Source: Spizellomyces punctatus DAOM BR117 (taxonomy: Eukaryota). From it: DNA of 48,109 nt. Shown here piece after piece: positions 45,012 to 48,109 of this stretch; the first letter of the stretch is position 1, and the number at the start of each line of letters is the position of its first letter. The notes beneath the pieces were generated by a model. The model had not been told where the DNA came from and did no database searches. It was given only the letters and a program-made list of their open reading frames with translations. A program made the translations under genes and the position numbers. The stretch is taken from assembly GCA_000182565.2 (NCBI GenBank), contig KQ257452.1; one strand, written 5' to 3'.

Positions 45012-45364
45012 ACTGTTTTGTGGTGTAAGTGTGTGGATTTGCTAGCGAGCTTGCCTCTTTTATATTCACAACTCATCCATCGATGGAACCTTCAGTATGA
45101 TGCCATGTAGATGAGGATGCACGCAGACACGTCGTTGTTCTACATAACCATGATGTACCTATCACACCATCCGCCGGATGTTAGATGGAAAAGAATGCAA
45201 ATATACATCTAAGTTTCTGCAGATAACGAGAATGGAAGCACCGCGCAAGAAATTAGGAACAAGTTCGCCAAAGAGACTAAGGGGGAGACCTCGGAAGATA
45301 GATTCATAACAAAAGATGTATATACTTGATATGACTCTTTGAATGATTTATACAATAATTTCAC

Positions 45365-45563
45365 GCAGTGAACAATGTCTGGTGTGAGGGGGTTCGGCTC
45401 TCCAAAGATACTCTAGATAACCACGTGCTACCTGTGTTGATTATTGGGTGGTGTAGGTTGAGGGTGAATGACCCCGAAGTCAACTTGTATGTTATACATG
45501 GAAACTGAGATTGGGGTCATTTACCCTCGCTACCCAGATAGCAAGGGAAACCTGGTTCACTGC
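45365..45563 (-). repeat. ~190-bp repeat, copy 5 (TIR mirror of copy 1)
   Basis: CGCAGTGAAC...GTTCACTGCG termini. Confidence 0.93.
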
Positions 45564-45805
45564 GACTTATTTGCATGAGTTACAATGCTTAGGTAAGCAA
45601 AAGATGGCATCCCACTTTGTCGATGAGAGATCGAACATGTTATATCGATAGGATGAGAGGTCATGTATTGAACCATCATATCGATAAGATGGGAGGGTTC
45701 CTTTTCCGTTTATAAAAGAGGGTCGCCGGTCTCCCCTCCCCAGCTCGAAGCCTTCTTTTCAAAAATGATTCCATATACAACATTCGAATACAGCTGCAAT
45801 TAACA

Positions 45806-46204
45806 ATGGAGAAAATGATGAGGCGAGCAAGTGAAGAAGAGCTAAATGAGATGAAGAGGTTCTACCAACTCACAGTTGACAATGAGATGCACCAAGCAGT
45901 CGTAACAACAAATCGCCGTAGAAAGGAGGCAATTGAAAGGAAAATGGTTAAGAAGGATGTGAGGACAATCATAGGCGAAGATGGTTCAAATATGTATGTG
46001 GCATCACTAGTAGAGGAGAAGCTAAATGCTTTGGTGGATGACGTCAAGCAGGGGCTAATGGAGGCAGGATATACAGAAGACCAAGTGATGGAGATTATCA
46101 CAATCTACCGCAAACAACGAAAAGTGTTGAGACTGAAGGTCTCCCGAGTACCATCAGTAAAGGAAGGTGGAGAGATGGAGTCCCAAGCTAAAGTGATTTC
46201 ATAA
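45806..46204 (+). CDS. TIR-encoded 132-aa protein, copy 2
   Basis: Mirror of 22154-22552. Confidence 0.8.
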   Translation: MEKMMRRASEEELNEMKRFYQLTVDNEMHQAVVTTNRRRKEAIERKMVKKDVRTIIGEDGSNMYVASLVEEKLNALVDDVKQGLMEAGYTEDQVMEIITIYRKQRKVLRLKVSRVPSVKEGGEMESQAKVIS

Positions 46205-46633
46205 AGTGTGGCATTTGAACCTAGTGGCAAGATAAAGTGATTTCATAAAGTGTGGCGTTTGAACCTAGTAGCAAGAATTTGCTCGAGTAAAATCACCAAA
46301 CGAACCGCCCAAGGGAAACGAACCGCCCAAGGGGAAACGAACCATGGAGTCTTGAGAAGAAGCGAATGTCAAGTTTGGACACGTGAAATATTAGATGCGT
46401 AAAATTTTACGTGTATGTCAGAGAAAATTTTCGGCGTAGATGCGCACATCCCTTCATCAATAGTCCCGGACTTGGACAAACACCTTGGAAGACTCGAAAC
46501 ACTTTGAAACACTTTGAAACACTTTGAAACACTCCAATGCATTGGGCAAACACTTCAATACGGCTTATTATATAGAATATTATAAGCCGGGTATATCATA
46601 TTATACACTGGGTATATCATATTATAAGCCGGC

Positions 46634-46683
46634 TGATACAGTGCATCAGATAAGCCATTCGGCTTATCTGATGCACTGTATCA
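46634..46683. other. Terminal hairpin: perfect 23-bp stem, 4-nt loop, TG...CA ends
   Basis: tgatacagtgcatcagataagcc ATTC ggcttatctgatgcactgtatca. Confidence 0.92.
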
Positions 46684-46691
46684 CCGACACC

Positions 46692-47477
46692 ATGACCACT
46701 GATATCCAAGGACAACGAGGAGTCAGTATCCTCTCTACCCTTGAGGAAGGCTACCCCTGGGCAGAAGGAAGCGATGCCTTTGGAGCCGAGAACTCTATCA
46801 AGCGGCTCGGAGCAGCTATGGCCACCTGGGTCGAAGTTTGGATTCGTGAGCTGTTCGAAGACCCAAACAAACCCCTCGAACACTATCATGGTGAAGATTG
46901 GGTGGTAGACGGGGCTTTGAAGCCATACGCCACGAGCCAGCCCCTCACAATGCATATAGTGGAGCCCTACAGTAGGGCTTCCAACAGCAGTCAAGCAGCT
47001 GTTGGTATCATCGCCAATGCAAAAAAGATGGGGAAGAGATTACGGGACATACCCTGCGCCGCCTGGCTTGACGCTGGAGTCCCTCAACATGCGGCCGGAA
47101 ACCCCAAAATGGCCCGCTTCACCCTCTGGCCCGATCGTGAAGCCCACGATTTCGTGGAGATAGCCATCGAAGCTGTGAGAGCAGTATTGCTAAAGCTAGC
47201 CAACGCAGCTGAAACCACAGAAGAGCAGCTCCATCCCAAACATCGGGAGCACACCTATTACCACTTTCAAGCAGTTAACTTGAAAAGGGCCATGGAGACA
47301 TTCACAGCCCTTTATGTAACCCGAGCCAACAGTTCCAAGACCCCTGGAACCCCAGCTCTGGAAGCCACTGACCAAATTTGGTTCTGTGCAAACATCATGG
47401 GGCATACTACCATAATCTGGATGATCAATGAAGACAGCTTTGAAGCTGACAATGACTATCCAGTTGTGTCATGGTAG
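46692..47477 (+). CDS. Intronless hypothetical protein (~261 aa) flanking the viral end
   Basis: First ATG outside the hairpin (MTTDIQGQ); frame open to 47477; no family recognised. Confidence 0.5.
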   Translation: MTTDIQGQRGVSILSTLEEGYPWAEGSDAFGAENSIKRLGAAMATWVEVWIRELFEDPNKPLEHYHGEDWVVDGALKPYATSQPLTMHIVEPYSRASNSSQAAVGIIANAKKMGKRLRDIPCAAWLDAGVPQHAAGNPKMARFTLWPDREAHDFVEIAIEAVRAVLLKLANAAETTEEQLHPKHREHTYYHFQAVNLKRAMETFTALYVTRANSSKTPGTPALEATDQIWFCANIMGHTTIIWMINEDSFEADNDYPVVSW

Positions 47478-47481
47478 AAGC

Positions 47482-47524
47482 AAGGTTCGGGCACTCACAT
47501 AGGAGTCGCCGAACCTTCTTTTTT
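47482..47524 (+). other. Stem-loop followed by T-tract after the flanking ORF
   Basis: aaggttcgg...ccgaacctt then cttttttg. Confidence 0.4.
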
Positions 47525-48109
47525 GAAGGGGGGATGTAGCGAACAACTCTGATAGACAGGTTTGCTCAAAGGCATCAGGTGACCATGATTGAGGTTTCCG
47601 CAATTGTAACCTAAGCTTCAAAACTCCTCAGATCAAGCTCGGTTCTGGGCTACACCAGCGCAGCATGAAGGATATGTTATGCAGCCATGATCGATCATGG
47701 CAATGGTCCAAGATGGGAAGATCGGATGCCGCCACCCTAATGAAGGCTACGGAAACTAGTGTAGATGTTACCATAGCATATTCTTGTATAAAAAGACAAA
47801 TTCAAAAAAATAGGTCGGCAGGGCAGAAGCTGTAGTGACACAAAATCCCCACAACTAGCTTCTCAACTCCAATCTTAGGTTACCAGGAACCTAACAGAGT
47901 GCTTCAATGGCCTGATCACCCACACTGAAGCCTCTAAATCCTGCTCGGTTCACAACTAACTGACTCTTCTTGCCTCTCACCCCCAATTCGCTACCGACAC
48001 CCAAAGAAAGGATTCCGAGACTATGATTCCTAGTACGGACACCCACATAACCTGCTAGGAGACCCAAGTTGTCTTTACCATAGTCTACCTACAAAAAATC
48101 CGTTACAAA

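Larger units (their letters stand above)
45159..46604 (-). repeat. Right terminal inverted repeat (1446 bp)
   Basis: Mirror of 21754-23199; element sequence continues to the hairpin ending 46683. Confidence 0.97.
21754..46683. mobile_element. Endogenous Polinton-like (midsize linear dsDNA) virus, ~25 kb
   Basis: 1446-bp TIRs; densely packed intronless ORFs; MCP, mCP, A32 ATPase, primase-helicase, rve integrase, tyrosine recombinase, MTase and fibre. Confidence 0.93.

Noticed and set aside
45552-45561. CTGGTTCACT shared by the viral repeat and the omegaRNA (12713-12722), suggesting a decoy RNA
   Set aside because: Only 10 nt, not conserved in repeat copies 2-4; chance is adequate.
22795-45563. 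~190-bp repeats as a CRISPR array or known ribozyme
   Set aside because: Dispersed kb apart with no repeat-spacer periodicity and no cas genes; no hammerhead (CTGANGA/GAAA) or HDV core recognised.
46524-46691. N-terminal extension of the 317-aa ORF
   Set aside because: TTG start; translates TIR repeats and the hairpin, so likely not real coding sequence.

Overview
Intron-rich fungal genomic DNA, most likely a spizellomycetalean chytrid (inferred from the SpuFz1-like omegaRNA and gene style), in two halves. Host half (1-20.4 kb): ATP1; a head-to-head TALE-homeodomain / MATA-type HMG-box pair; a Rim4-like RRM gene; Rac1; RPP0; an MGCxxS protein; a decayed 5' MSH4 fragment; a GH5 EGCrP-type glucosidase; APC5. 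Together these resemble a candidate mating-type/meiosis locus. At 12025-12766 lies a 742-bp non-autonomous element with 29-bp TIRs. Its right end is a Fanzor1 omegaRNA-like scaffold (a ghost locus), and a Tc1/mariner-type MITE sits in the TA of its CATA TAM. A CpG-depleted patch with (TTAGGG)4 and LTR ends follows. The second half (21754-46683) is a ~25-kb endogenous Polinton-like virus with 1446-bp TIRs and a 23-bp terminal hairpin. It encodes an AEP primase / UL9-like helicase (no pPolB seen), a fused 6mA+5mC methyltransferase, BOTH a tyrosine recombinase and an rve-chromodomain integrase, an A32 ATPase, minor and major capsid proteins and a 2035-aa fibre. Five copies of a ~190-bp nested-palindrome repeat and eight TATCGATA motifs mark its intergenic spaces. 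All calls are by-eye motif recognition; no searches were run. N gaps: 21416-21515, 31178-31320, 33565-33664.
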